Positions 50,378-60,356 of a stretch of 64,000 nt of DNA are shown here, piece by piece; position 1 is the first letter of the stretch, and each line of letters begins with the position of its first letter. A program made the translations under genes and the position numbers. The notes under the pieces were generated by a model. The model saw only the letters and a list, made by a program, of their open reading frames with translations. It was not told where the DNA came from and did not search any database. Source of the stretch: Rhizobium sp. Q54 (GTDB lineage Bacteria > Pseudomonadota > Alphaproteobacteria > UBA828); the NCBI GenBank assembly GCA_945902735.1, contig CAMDNF010000003.1:2311-66310 (forward strand), written 5' to 3'.

Positions 50378-51412
50378 TCAACGGTACTCCGAAATCTTTA
50401 GAGCGCGTGCAAAATACCACAGAAGCACGGCGACGATGAGCGCAGCGCCACCCAGCGAAGCGAGGGAGGAAATGGTGCCCGCGGTCGAAATAAAGGCGAG
50501 GCCGATCAGGCCAACATTGAAGAGGCAAATCCAAATCACCGTCGCCTTGTGGCTCATGCCGCTACGCACGGCGCGCTGATAGAAATGTTCCCGATGCGCC
50601 TGCCAGACCCTTTCGCCCCGCCTTAGCCGGAGCAAGAGCGTCAGCGTGGCATCGCCGAGATAATAGGCCGGCAGGATCAGCGCCGCGCCCCAATAGCCTT
50701 GGGTGGCGACTCCGAGCAATAGCCATCCCAACAAATAACCGAGCGGCACACTCCCGACATCGCCGAGAAAAATCCGCGCCGGCTGCCAGTTCCACACCAA
50801 AAAACCGACCGCGCCGCCAATCAACAGAAGGCCGATCGCGCCGAACGGAAAAAGGCCAGGCACGGCGAGCACCAAAATCACCAGCCCGGTGCCGATCGAG
50901 GCGGTCTCGGCGCCGGCCAGCCCATCGATACCGTCCATGAAATTGAACGCATTGATGAACCAGAGCCAGGCTGCCGCCGCGATGGCCCAATCCAGCCAAT
51001 GGGGCAGGGCGCCCTGAAAAATCAACCCCGGCGGAGGCAAGGTGAACAAGCCCACCACCACCCAGCCGAATTGGGCGGATAGCCGGGTCAACGGGCTCAA
51101 GCCCCGTCGATCGTCGATCCACGAGACCACGCCAAGCACGATCATGGCGGCAATCACCACCCAGCCCGCCGGATCGGCCGGCACGGTGTCGGTGATGATC
51201 AGCGCGGCGAAAGCCAAAATCAGCACCGCGACCAGCGCAAGGCCGGCCCCGCGCGGCGTTGGGGCGGTGTGGCTCGACCGCTCGCCCGGAATGTCCAACA
51301 TCGCGCGTTGGATCAATATCCGGCGCAGCCGCCCGATCAGGATCATGACGGCGGGCAGCGAGCAGGCGCCCGCCGCGGCCGCGATCAGCCATTGTTCGGC
51401 GCTTCCGATCAT
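50378..51412 (-). CDS. polyprenyl-phosphate hexosamine-1-phosphate transferase (MraY/WecA/WbpL family, GT4 membrane type)
   Basis: NAFNFMDGIDGLAG and LGDVGSVPLGYLLG are the MraY-like motifs; polytopic membrane protein. Confidence 0.8.
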   Translation of the reverse strand: MIGSAEQWLIAAAAGACSLPAVMILIGRLRRILIQRAMLDIPGERSSHTAPTPRGAGLALVAVLILAFAALIITDTVPADPAGWVVIAAMIVLGVVSWIDDRRGLSPLTRLSAQFGWVVVGLFTLPPPGLIFQGALPHWLDWAIAAAAWLWFINAFNFMDGIDGLAGAETASIGTGLVILVLAVPGLFPFGAIGLLLIGGAVGFLVWNWQPARIFLGDVGSVPLGYLLGWLLLGVATQGYWGAALILPAYYLGDATLTLLLRLRRGERVWQAHREHFYQRAVRSGMSHKATVIWICLFNVGLIGLAFISTAGTISSLASLGGAALIVAVLLWYFARALKISEYR

Positions 51413-51453
51413 CTCATTCCGCCCCGTCGCCGCTTTCGTTATGCTGACCCATT

Positions 51454-52158
51454 ATGACTCCATCGTCGTACCCCAGCGAACCCAAACCTAGCCAAGGCGA
51501 ACGCTCCGACCGCCGCGCGCGCTGGCATGCCTACTACAGCGAGAAGCGGATCGTCCATCAGTGGCTTCAGGTCGATCTACTGAAATCGCTCCCGGTCGCT
51601 AAGATACTTGAAATCGGGCCCTATTTGGGGGCGGTGACCGCGCTGTTGAGCAATGCCGGCTATCAAGTGACCACGCTCGATATCGAAGGCGATCGCCCCC
51701 GCCATGGCGCCGTCGGGCATATCCGCGCCGATGTGAGGCGTTTGGATATTGCTGCCCTTCAAGGCTTCGACGCGCTTCTTTGTTGCGAAACGCTTGAACA
51801 TTTGCCCTTTGCCGAGGTGCCGGGAGTCCTGGCGAATTTCCACGCCACAAACGCCCCCTATCTGATTCTTTCGATGCCTTATGAGGGGCCGCAACTCGGG
51901 CTCTCGCTCTACCTCAATTCGCACCGCTGGCCGCGCTTCAAATATTTCCACCGATTCCATTTTCGCCATCGCTTCCGGGCGCCCAACACCGATCTTTGGG
52001 AAAGTCATCGCTGGGAAATCGGCTATCGGGATTATCCGCTGCGTAAATTGCGCCGCGTGGTTGAGGCAGCGGGCTACAAAATCGTTCGGACAGAATTCAC
52101 CAGCGGCACGCGCTCGGTGTTTCTGGTCTGCCGGCGCGTGGATCACGCCCGGGCATAA
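51454..52158 (+). CDS. class I SAM-dependent methyltransferase
   Basis: KILEIGPYLGAVTALL (motif I), VTTLDIE, LLCCETLEHLP. Confidence 0.6.
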   Translation: MTPSSYPSEPKPSQGERSDRRARWHAYYSEKRIVHQWLQVDLLKSLPVAKILEIGPYLGAVTALLSNAGYQVTTLDIEGDRPRHGAVGHIRADVRRLDIAALQGFDALLCCETLEHLPFAEVPGVLANFHATNAPYLILSMPYEGPQLGLSLYLNSHRWPRFKYFHRFHFRHRFRAPNTDLWESHRWEIGYRDYPLRKLRRVVEAAGYKIVRTEFTSGTRSVFLVCRRVDHARA

Positions 52159-53858
52159 ACCGCGCGTTCGGTCGCGACATAATCGATGCGATCGTCTAAA
52201 AGCGCGCGCGCGCATTCGCCCGGCGTGTTGATGATCGGCTCCTCATGCACATTGAAGCTCGTATTGATCATCACCGGCAGGCCGGTCTGCGCCTTGAAGC
52301 GCGTGACGATGTCGTAATAGGTCGGGTTGACATGGCGTTCGATCAATTGCGGGCGCGCCGTGCCATCGACATGAACGACCGCGGGAATACGCGTCCGCCA
52401 TTCGTCACGCACCGCGCAGGTGATCGTCATGAAGCGAGCGGCATAGCGTGAGCCGGCCGGCAAATGAAACACCGAATCGGCGTCTTCCGCCACCACCACC
52501 GGCGCGAACGGCATGAACTCCGATCGCGCGAGGCGCTTATTGAGCGAATCATTGATGCCCGAATCAGCCGGCGAGCCGAGAATCGTGCGGGCACCGAGCG
52601 CGCGCGGGCCATATTCCATGCCCTTGGTATAGAGCGCGACCACCTTGCTCGCCGCGCATAACTCCGCGCTTAGTGACACGGGATCATCGCCGATCTTTTT
52701 GATACCGGGCGTCGCCCCAATCACCTCATCCGCCACCACGCCGAAATCGCGGCCAAGATAAAGGTGATCGAGCGGATAACGTCGCGCCAACCAGGGGCCG
52801 AGCCCATCGCGCTCCAAAAGAAACTGCAACACGCCACCCGCCGGCAGGCCCTGGTCGCTCATCGCCGGATAGACGAACACCTCATCGACACCCGCTTCTT
52901 CGGCGAGCCGCTGATTGAGCCGCACATTGGCGAACACGCCGCCGGCGAGGCCGAGCTTCTTCACCGGATGACGCGCGAGCAGGCGCTTGACCGATTGCAG
53001 AATGAAATGTTCGAGCGCGGCCTGGATAGAGGACGCCATGTCCTCGCGCGAGACACTCCGCGCGATCTCATCCATGAATCGTTTGAGCGCGGGATTGGAT
53101 TCGAAATCGCTTCTGATCTGGCCGTGATCGTCGACCGTGAAATGCGCCGCGATGCGGTCGAAGGCCGCCGGTCTGCCATAGGCCGCAAGGCCCGTGAGCT
53201 TGCCCTCATGGCGGTTGATTCGAAAGCCGAGCGCCTGGGTTGCATAGCCATAGGCGAGGCCGAGGCTATCGATCCGCATTGTGCGGGTGAGTTCGTCATT
53301 GCCGCCATAGAGCGTGTCGATTCGTCCGCCCTGAAAGACGCGATGGCTGTATTGCACATTATCGCCACCACCATCGGCGGTATAAAGCAGCGCCTCCGTC
53401 CAATCGGTGTGGAACAGGGTCGGCAGCGCATGGGCGAGGTGATGGTTGAAGAAGCGCACGCCACAATCGGCTCGGAATCCTTGCGCGGCGAGGAAGACGT
53501 CGTGACGGAAGATCGCCTCCGAATCGGTGCGCTTGGCGAGCATAAGCTCGCGCTCCATGCTCTTGTGCTTCTCAGCCCCGATCGCTTGGCGTACCAGCCC
53601 TTCGACCAAACGCCCGCCGCTGAAATGATTGTAATACCGCCAGGGGAAGGGGCCGCGGCCAAGCACCACCGCGTCGACCTTATCACGTGTAAGGCCGGCG
53701 ATCGCGAGGCACTCGTCAATCGCTTCATCGGGCACGCGACCGCCGTCGATCTTGCGGCGCGTCAAGCGTTCGAGCGCGACGGCCGCGATCATGCGGTAAT
53801 CGTCGAACAAACAGGCCGAGGCTTCGTGATAACCCGAGTGGACGCCGAGGATAAGCAT
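52143..53858 (-). CDS. carbamoyltransferase (NodU/CmcH family)
   Basis: MLILGVHSGYHEASACLFDDYRMIAAVALERLTRRK is the conserved N-terminus, with the C-terminal carbamoyltransferase domain; 571 aa. Confidence 0.85.
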   Translation of the reverse strand: MLILGVHSGYHEASACLFDDYRMIAAVALERLTRRKIDGGRVPDEAIDECLAIAGLTRDKVDAVVLGRGPFPWRYYNHFSGGRLVEGLVRQAIGAEKHKSMERELMLAKRTDSEAIFRHDVFLAAQGFRADCGVRFFNHHLAHALPTLFHTDWTEALLYTADGGGDNVQYSHRVFQGGRIDTLYGGNDELTRTMRIDSLGLAYGYATQALGFRINRHEGKLTGLAAYGRPAAFDRIAAHFTVDDHGQIRSDFESNPALKRFMDEIARSVSREDMASSIQAALEHFILQSVKRLLARHPVKKLGLAGGVFANVRLNQRLAEEAGVDEVFVYPAMSDQGLPAGGVLQFLLERDGLGPWLARRYPLDHLYLGRDFGVVADEVIGATPGIKKIGDDPVSLSAELCAASKVVALYTKGMEYGPRALGARTILGSPADSGINDSLNKRLARSEFMPFAPVVVAEDADSVFHLPAGSRYAARFMTITCAVRDEWRTRIPAVVHVDGTARPQLIERHVNPTYYDIVTRFKAQTGLPVMINTSFNVHEEPIINTPGECARALLDDRIDYVATERAVYARA

Positions 53859-54022
53859 TCGGGGCGGATAAACCGGGTAGGGCGATGAAGAACGGGCGGA
53901 CCCTAGAGCGGCGGCCTCGGATCGTCAATGCGAACGGTACGCGCCGCCGCGTCAATCTCTAGCCTCGGCGCCTTGCCGATGCTAAGGAGCACGCAGCAAA
54001 TGGCATTGAGCGGGGCAGGAAC

Positions 54023-55345
54023 GTGGCGGTCGCATCGACTTCCACCACAGCGAATCTAACGAGGCCTTGGCGCGCCATCCAGTTCATCAGCGCGGGCCTG
54101 CTCGGCATAGGCGTGCCATTGCTGGTGTCGGGTCCAAGCACCGAAGCGGTGGTGCTTGGCCTTGCGATCATTTTGGTCCTTGTGACGCCGGCACGCGGCG
54201 CCCTGTTGATCAATCTTGCCGAAACGTTGAAATCACCCATCGGCCTCACGCTGATGGCTGTTCTGGTCGCGTGGATTCCTTCCGTCGCTCTATCGCTCTC
54301 GCCGCTTCAATCGCTGGCGATTTGGGGCCGCTCAATCGGTCTCCTCATCGCAGCTTCATTGATCACATGTTTTCTGGTACGCAACTCGGGCGCGCGCGAT
54401 ATCGCGACGAAAGCCCTCGTGCTCGGCGCACTCGTTTGCGCGACTCTCGCACTGATCGGCTTGGCGGGCGGCTCGCCCGTGCTCGCACTAATTCGCGGCC
54501 TGCCGTTTGAATCGTTCGAGGTCGTCCATTTTCTCAAATACTACGCATCGGTGGCCGCCTGTCTGATGCCAGTGGTGTTGGTCCTTGGGCACAAACTCGG
54601 TGGCGCCTGGTGGCGGGCGGCATGGCTTTATCCACCCATGGCATTGTCGATCGTGCTCTTACTTAACAGCGGCGCCGGTGTCGTTGGTCTGGTCGCGGCG
54701 GTCGCAACCGGCGGATTAGCCTATTTTTCCGGCACACCGCGTTTGCGGCGGTTCTCGCTCGGCGGATTGGCGCTCCTGATCGGGCTTGGTCTCGTGGGTC
54801 TTGGCTCTATGTTTGCCCATGCGCCAGCGCCGCCACCGGCCGACCTGATCGTTGATGGCCGTTATGAAGGCTCCTTCGAAACCCCGCTGCCGCTTTGGTT
54901 GGTCGATGCGCACCGCCAGCAAATTTGGGGTTTTTCGCTCGATGCCGCGCTCAATCGGCCATGGTTCGGCTATGGGCTCGACCGCTCCAATTACATCCCC
55001 GGCGCGGATTTAATGCTCACCGAATTCAATCAAACGATTGTACCGGCGCATCCGCATAATTGGTTGATCGAGATCATAATCGACTCGGGGTTCATCGGTC
55101 TCGCCGCGCTTCTCGGTGTTGTTGGCGCCATCATCGCCCGATGGCTACAAATCGCGCGTCAAGATCTTAGTCTCGGCGCGGCGGGTCTGGGGCTTTGTGG
55201 CGCGTTCTTCACGTCGTCGCTGCTCAATTTCTCTTTTTGGACGACGTGGTGGCAAACCGTGTTTTTGGTGCTTAGCGCGATTCTAATGGCCCATGTGCCA
55301 CGCCGACTCGGCGCCGCGCCCGCCAATCCAGATAGGCGAGTATAA
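54023..55345 (+). CDS. O-antigen ligase family membrane protein (Wzy_C domain)
   Basis: Polytopic membrane protein with PHNWLIEIIIDSGFIGLAALLGVVG (the H..N...G..G motif of Wzy_C/WaaL). Confidence 0.65.
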   Translation: MAVASTSTTANLTRPWRAIQFISAGLLGIGVPLLVSGPSTEAVVLGLAIILVLVTPARGALLINLAETLKSPIGLTLMAVLVAWIPSVALSLSPLQSLAIWGRSIGLLIAASLITCFLVRNSGARDIATKALVLGALVCATLALIGLAGGSPVLALIRGLPFESFEVVHFLKYYASVAACLMPVVLVLGHKLGGAWWRAAWLYPPMALSIVLLLNSGAGVVGLVAAVATGGLAYFSGTPRLRRFSLGGLALLIGLGLVGLGSMFAHAPAPPPADLIVDGRYEGSFETPLPLWLVDAHRQQIWGFSLDAALNRPWFGYGLDRSNYIPGADLMLTEFNQTIVPAHPHNWLIEIIIDSGFIGLAALLGVVGAIIARWLQIARQDLSLGAAGLGLCGAFFTSSLLNFSFWTTWWQTVFLVLSAILMAHVPRRLGAAPANPDRRV

Positions 55346-56705
55346 CCATCGCAAGACCGAGTGCCGCCAATGGCTCGATCGGCAATCGGTATTTGGCCGA
55401 CGCGACCGGACCATTGACCAGCAGAACATAGCCTGCCCACAACACAAGAACCGCGAACGAGGCGCGCCAAAGGCGCGTTGACGCCGCGCCACGCGCGCGG
55501 ATGACCAAGCCGAGCCCAAACAGCTCGACCAGGCGAAACGCGATGGCGCCGAGGCCCGTCAAAATCATCACCCAGGCATAAATAGGGCTGTCATTGGCGA
55601 ACAGGAAATTTTTGATTTTTTCGCCTTTGGTTTCACCCGGCGCGCCAAAGAATCCGGTGCGCGGCAATTCACGCAAGGGTGGCGAAACCAGTGCGGCTGG
55701 GGAAAAGAGGTTGATAACGCCACCAATGATCCACGCTTTCGCAATGGCACCAACACCTAATTCGCCGAGGACTTCGCGACCGAGGGCATCGCGTTGCCGC
55801 GACGTCTCGAATGGATTGTCACTCGGCACGGGGTATAGGGCTTCGAAACGCGCTTCATTCTCGTGAGCGCCCTTTTCGTGACTCGTGCCGTCCGCCGCTT
55901 CACGCACCAATGGCGCGATCCAGAGCAGTGAGTGCGTACCGCCCTGACTGGTCAGATAGACTGAGCCATAGGTTCCGATATTGCGTGCAAAAATTGGTGC
56001 TTGCACGACCAAGCAGAGCAGCACGACCAAGGTCATGTGCGCGACGCTTAGACCAAACATACGATAATAGGCGTTCCATCGCGCACCGACGCCGTGCACG
56101 ACCAAAGCGAGGACAGGCAGCAACAGAGCGATCAGCGCCGTCCAGGGCAATAGCATCGTGCGGGTCGACACGCCGAGTCCAAGGGCCGCGCCAAGCACAA
56201 TCGCCGCCCGCCAATTTGGCGCGCGCAGCCAAAGGAGCGCGCCATAGAGCGCGAGACAGCAGAGCAGAAAAAACACGCTATCGTTCAAAATGAGAGCGCT
56301 GACGACCACTTGGGTTGGGTTCAAAGCGGCGACAAGGCCAGCCAACAACATGAGCCTGCGGTCGAAGAGCGCGGCGATACGCGCGATCAAAAGGCAGGCC
56401 AGCGCGTCCAACACACCCTGGGTTAGAGCCGGAAATAGCGGATCCGAGGTGCCGCTGATCACGCGATGGAGCGCGAGCCATATGACGTAGAGCGGCATTC
56501 GTTCGGTCTCAGGCACAATGCCGCCCTCAACCGGACGCACGAAATCGCCATAGCGAACAAAGATCTCGCCAAGGCTGAGATAGAGCCCCGAATCCTCACT
56601 CTGTAGACCCTCGGGCCCGGCCACCAAATACATGGCAATCGCGTAGGCGACCCTGAGCACCAGGGCGATACCAAAGATCAACCAAAGTGCGCGCGCCGTG
56701 CTCAT
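55272..56705 (-). CDS. ArnT/PMT-like (GT39/GT83-type) membrane glycosyltransferase
   Basis: 477 aa, multi-TM, N-terminal ALWLIFGIALVLRVAYAI...PETERMPLYVIWLAL in an ArnT-like arrangement. It overlaps the convergent ligase gene by about 74 nt. Confidence 0.55.
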   Translation of the reverse strand: MSTARALWLIFGIALVLRVAYAIAMYLVAGPEGLQSEDSGLYLSLGEIFVRYGDFVRPVEGGIVPETERMPLYVIWLALHRVISGTSDPLFPALTQGVLDALACLLIARIAALFDRRLMLLAGLVAALNPTQVVVSALILNDSVFFLLCCLALYGALLWLRAPNWRAAIVLGAALGLGVSTRTMLLPWTALIALLLPVLALVVHGVGARWNAYYRMFGLSVAHMTLVVLLCLVVQAPIFARNIGTYGSVYLTSQGGTHSLLWIAPLVREAADGTSHEKGAHENEARFEALYPVPSDNPFETSRQRDALGREVLGELGVGAIAKAWIIGGVINLFSPAALVSPPLRELPRTGFFGAPGETKGEKIKNFLFANDSPIYAWVMILTGLGAIAFRLVELFGLGLVIRARGAASTRLWRASFAVLVLWAGYVLLVNGPVASAKYRLPIEPLAALGLAMVILAYLDWRARRRVGVAHGPLESR

Positions 56706-57430
56706 GAGGCGCGCTCGAGCGCGATCAAGAGACGAAACGCCATAAAGCGACCGAGAAGCGGCATGAGGGCATCTTCAAGGCGAAGAAGAGGGCGAATGAG
56801 GCACAGCGGAATTAAGCCAAAGCGGCGATAGCCTCCCGATAAGGGATAGGCAAATAGGCTCAGCGTCCGTCGTTCGATCAGTTTGAGGCGCGGAAAACTT
56901 CGTTCGAAGCCGGCGCGCATTGGCCCGAATAAGAGACTGGGTATCGCTTGGTTGGCCGCATAGGGGTCGCGACCGGGTGTCGGCGCGCCGCCCATAAGCG
57001 GGTCGGCCGAAAGATCGACGGGTTCGTCGTGGAATAAGCGAAAGATCAAATGGCTGATCGGCGTGATGCCGGGTTCGATCATGACGAGCCGCCCCCCCGG
57101 TTTCAGCACGCGCTCGGCCTCGGCGAAGAACAACCGGGGACGCTCGACATGGTGCAGAACGTCGAGCATCACGATGTTGTCAAAACTCGCGGCCTTGAAT
57201 GGCAGAAGCTGCGCGTCCGCCACCACGTCGAGCCAGCCCGCGCTCTGAACGTCGCTCAAGATCACATCACCCAGGCACTCGCGCAACCAGCCCGTGCCCG
57301 CGCCGATCTCGAGCGTGCGGCCGGGCCGCGTGCGCTGCGCCATACGTCGGTAGTAATCGCTGTAGATCGCGCGCAAAGCGGGCTTGCCCTCCCACAGCGC
57401 ACGATGCGCAAGAAGGGTCGGCGCGCTCAA
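56702..57430 (-). CDS. class I SAM-dependent methyltransferase (Methyltransf_11-like)
   Basis: TLEIGAGTGWL, VILSDV, FDNIVMLDVLHHV and LKPGGRLVMIEP. Confidence 0.75.
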   Translation of the reverse strand: MSAPTLLAHRALWEGKPALRAIYSDYYRRMAQRTRPGRTLEIGAGTGWLRECLGDVILSDVQSAGWLDVVADAQLLPFKAASFDNIVMLDVLHHVERPRLFFAEAERVLKPGGRLVMIEPGITPISHLIFRLFHDEPVDLSADPLMGGAPTPGRDPYAANQAIPSLLFGPMRAGFERSFPRLKLIERRTLSLFAYPLSGGYRRFGLIPLCLIRPLLRLEDALMPLLGRFMAFRLLIALERAS

Positions 57431-57432
57431 GT

Positions 57433-58881
57433 CTAAAAAGCCTTAAGTTTACGAAAGGCAAAAAAGACCATGCGCAGCAGCATGAAGCCATGGCGGAAGC
57501 GTGAAATTTGGGTTGTGCCATAAAGCCGATCGGCATAGCGCACGGGCACTTCGATCAGCTTGAGGTTCAGCTTCGCCGCGCCGAATAGAAGATCGAAATC
57601 GCCAAACGGATCGAACTCTCCAAAATAGCCACGGTTCGCCGCAATGCGTTCGTAATGCGCCTTGGTCAACACCTTCGTGCCGCACAACGTGTCGGTGAAA
57701 CGTTGGTTCAACAGCCACGAAAACAGCGTCGAGAAAAACAGATTACCCACGAAATTCAACGGCCGCATGGCGCCGCGTTCCATGGGATAGATCAAACGAC
57801 TGCCATTGATAAACTCGCCTTTGCCCGAGACGATGGCGTGATAAAATTTCGGCAAAGCCTCCGGTGGCACGGTCAGATCGGCGTCTAGAATCATCAAGAG
57901 TTCGCCACGCGCCTGCGCGAAACCCTTGCGCACCGCATCGCCTTTGCCAACACCCTCCTGCACAAACACCTTGATGTCGCGCTCGGGATAGGCGGCCCGC
58001 ACGCGCTTCATTTCATCGAGCGTGCCGTCTCGGCTATGACCCTCGACAAAAACGATCTCGATGTCTTCGCAAAACGCTGGCAGGCGTTTAATGGCATTCT
58101 CGATATTGCCTTTTTCATTGCGCGCCGGAATGACAACCGAGGTCGAAAGTTTTTCATAGCCGGCGTGTCGCTTCGATCGCGCGACCAGATAGTGGCGCAG
58201 GCAAAGCCGGCGAATCACCGGCAAAGTCGCAATCGTGTGGTTGACCAACCAGCCGAGCCCGAACAGGGAATAAGGCATCAGCATCCGCCAGTCTCGCTTG
58301 ATCACTTCGAAATCGGTCAGCGCGAGCAAATTGGCGATGTCATCGGGGCCAAGGCGATTTTGCGGCGGCTGCGGCATTTTTAGACCGACGCGTTCCGCCA
58401 AGGCCACGAGCGGCTGCCAAAACCAAGAATAGTAAGCGATGATAAGGCGCATATCGCGGGCCGAAAGCGCGTGCAGCGAATCCAAGGTGGCTTCCACGTC
58501 GTCGAGCGCACCGATCGAATCGGAAATCACGATGGCATCATAGGGCCCGTCGAGCGCGGCAAGCGCGCCGACATCTTCCATATCGCCCACGATGAAGCGA
58601 AGTTCTGTATTGGCCTCCTCGGGGAATTTGCGCCGCGCCGCCTCGATCATGCCCGCGCTGATATCGATGCCGACACCGCGCGTCGGCTTTAGACCAGCAA
58701 GCTGTGCGCCAACGCCGCAGCCAAGCTCGAGCACCTTTTTGCCGGGCTCGATAAGGAAGCGCATCATGCGCTCGTCTTCGCTATGGAAATAGCGGCTCCG
58801 CGCTAGCCAACGCTCGCGCGACGGCGCCAGGCGGTCGCCGTGACGTTTCTGAGCGTCTTTTCGGTTGAGAATCTCTGGCAT
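57433..58881 (-). CDS. bifunctional methyltransferase / family-2 glycosyltransferase fusion
   Basis: N-terminal half has VLELGCGVGAQL...GIDIS...FIVGDMED (a SAM MTase). C-terminal half has LSTSVVIPARNEKGNI...LMILDADLTVPPE (a GT2 DXD region). Confidence 0.75.
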   Translation of the reverse strand: MPEILNRKDAQKRHGDRLAPSRERWLARSRYFHSEDERMMRFLIEPGKKVLELGCGVGAQLAGLKPTRGVGIDISAGMIEAARRKFPEEANTELRFIVGDMEDVGALAALDGPYDAIVISDSIGALDDVEATLDSLHALSARDMRLIIAYYSWFWQPLVALAERVGLKMPQPPQNRLGPDDIANLLALTDFEVIKRDWRMLMPYSLFGLGWLVNHTIATLPVIRRLCLRHYLVARSKRHAGYEKLSTSVVIPARNEKGNIENAIKRLPAFCEDIEIVFVEGHSRDGTLDEMKRVRAAYPERDIKVFVQEGVGKGDAVRKGFAQARGELLMILDADLTVPPEALPKFYHAIVSGKGEFINGSRLIYPMERGAMRPLNFVGNLFFSTLFSWLLNQRFTDTLCGTKVLTKAHYERIAANRGYFGEFDPFGDFDLLFGAAKLNLKLIEVPVRYADRLYGTTQISRFRHGFMLLRMVFFAFRKLKAF

Positions 58882-58997
58882 GTGGGCAGCGGAGTGTAAT
58901 CATATCGTGGGTGGCGATCCAGCCAGCTGACTTACCCTTACCCGCCGCGTAATGCTATGGAAGATCGCATGACCTCCCCATACCAAGGCGTCTCCTA

Positions 58998-59495
58998 ATG
59001 CGGCACTGGTACGTTGTTCGCAGCCAACCCCACGCCGAGCGGCGCGCGCGCGACAGTTTGGAGCGCCAAGGCTTCGAGGCCTGGCTGCCACTTTGCCAAC
59101 GGCGGCGGCGCCATGCGCGCAAGATGGAGATCGTTTTGCGGCCGCTGTTCCCGCGCTATCTCTTCGTCGCGATCGACCTTGAGACCAAGCCTTGGCGCGC
59201 CATGCTATCGACCTTCGGCGTTGCTAGTGTGATCCAGGGGCCCAAGGGGCCGGTGCCGGTGCCTGAAGCCGTGATCGAGGGTTTGCGTGCACGGGCCGAT
59301 GCGGAAGGCGTGATTGATCGTGGGGCTGCTGACTATCAGGCCGGCGCCAAAATTCGCATCACCAGCGGGGCCTTTACCGACGTTGAAGGCATTTTTCAGG
59401 CACGCACCGACACCGAGCGGGTCGCGATTCTTCTGACCCTCATGGGTCACGCCGTTCGTGTCACGGTGCCGGAAGGAGATATCGAACCGGTCTGA
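58998..59495 (+). CDS. NusG-family paralog (RfaH/LoaP-like specialised antiterminator)
   Basis: MRHWYVVRSQPHAERRARDSLERQGFEAWLP...VLRPLFPRYLFV is an NGN domain; C-terminal KOW-like region GAKIRITSGAFTDVEGIF. Only 165 aa, diverged from housekeeping NusG. It lies divergent from the glycan operon. Confidence 0.7.
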   Translation: MRHWYVVRSQPHAERRARDSLERQGFEAWLPLCQRRRRHARKMEIVLRPLFPRYLFVAIDLETKPWRAMLSTFGVASVIQGPKGPVPVPEAVIEGLRARADAEGVIDRGAADYQAGAKIRITSGAFTDVEGIFQARTDTERVAILLTLMGHAVRVTVPEGDIEPV

Positions 59496-59513
59496 ACAAC
59501 GGGGGGCGAAACC

Positions 59514-60347
59514 ATGAATATTGAGCAAAGCATAGCCGCTCACTATGGCGATGAGACCTTTGGCAAAAGGCTGCTTGAGGCGCTCTCGGCCTCCGGCCTC
59601 GATATCAATCGGCTCAGCCCTGATGAGCTTGCTCCGATCGATGAATTTCATATTGGTGGTCGGCTGGCCACGGCTGAACTCGCCGCGCAGCTCGGCCTTC
59701 GCCCCGGTCTGAAACTGCTCGATGTCGGCAGCGGTATCGGTGGGCCCGCGCGTTATCTCGCCCACGCATTTGGTTGCGAGGTGATCGGCATCGACCTGAC
59801 CGAGGCGTTTGTTCGCATCGCGACCGATCTAACGCGGCGTGCCAGCCTGTCCAATAGAGTGAAGTTCCAACAAGGTAGCGCGCTCGATTTACCATTCGAG
59901 GCGGCGAGTTTCGATGGTGCGACGATGTTGCACGTCGGCATGAACATCGACGACAAACCGAGACTATGTCGCGCGGTCCGGAAGGTGCTACGCCCCGGCG
60001 CATTTTTCGGTATTTACGATTTGATGCGCATGGGCCCGGGCTATATCGAATTTCCGGTACCTTGGTCGAGCCGGCCCGAGACCAGTTTTGTGGTCGAGCC
60101 GAGCGCCTATCGCGCGGCGCTCGAGGCTGCGGGGTTCACGCTCTCTAAGGAACGCAATCGGCGCGATTTTGCCCTCGATTTCTTTCGCGACATGCAGGCC
60201 AAGGCCAAAGCGGCGGGCGGCGGCGCTTCGCCGCTCGGCCCCGCTTTGATCATGGGGCCTGAGTTCAAGGATAAGCTTCGCCACGTGGTCGAGGCGATCG
60301 AACGGGGCGCGATCGCGCCGATCGAATTGATCGCGCGTGTGCCCTGA
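59514..60347 (+). CDS. class I SAM-dependent methyltransferase
   Basis: LKLLDVGSGIGGPARYLA, VIGIDLT, FDGATMLHVGMNI. Confidence 0.75.
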   Translation: MNIEQSIAAHYGDETFGKRLLEALSASGLDINRLSPDELAPIDEFHIGGRLATAELAAQLGLRPGLKLLDVGSGIGGPARYLAHAFGCEVIGIDLTEAFVRIATDLTRRASLSNRVKFQQGSALDLPFEAASFDGATMLHVGMNIDDKPRLCRAVRKVLRPGAFFGIYDLMRMGPGYIEFPVPWSSRPETSFVVEPSAYRAALEAAGFTLSKERNRRDFALDFFRDMQAKAKAAGGGASPLGPALIMGPEFKDKLRHVVEAIERGAIAPIELIARVP

Positions 60348-60356
60348 GCGGCGCGT

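Noticed and set aside
52764-53888. Long antisense ORFs (also 49015..50052, 24173..25111, 33110..34153, 34135..35067, 40122..40994, 47627..48448, 11820..12512)
   Set aside because: Each lies opposite a gene with clear family motifs. High GC suppresses stop codons on the antisense strand.
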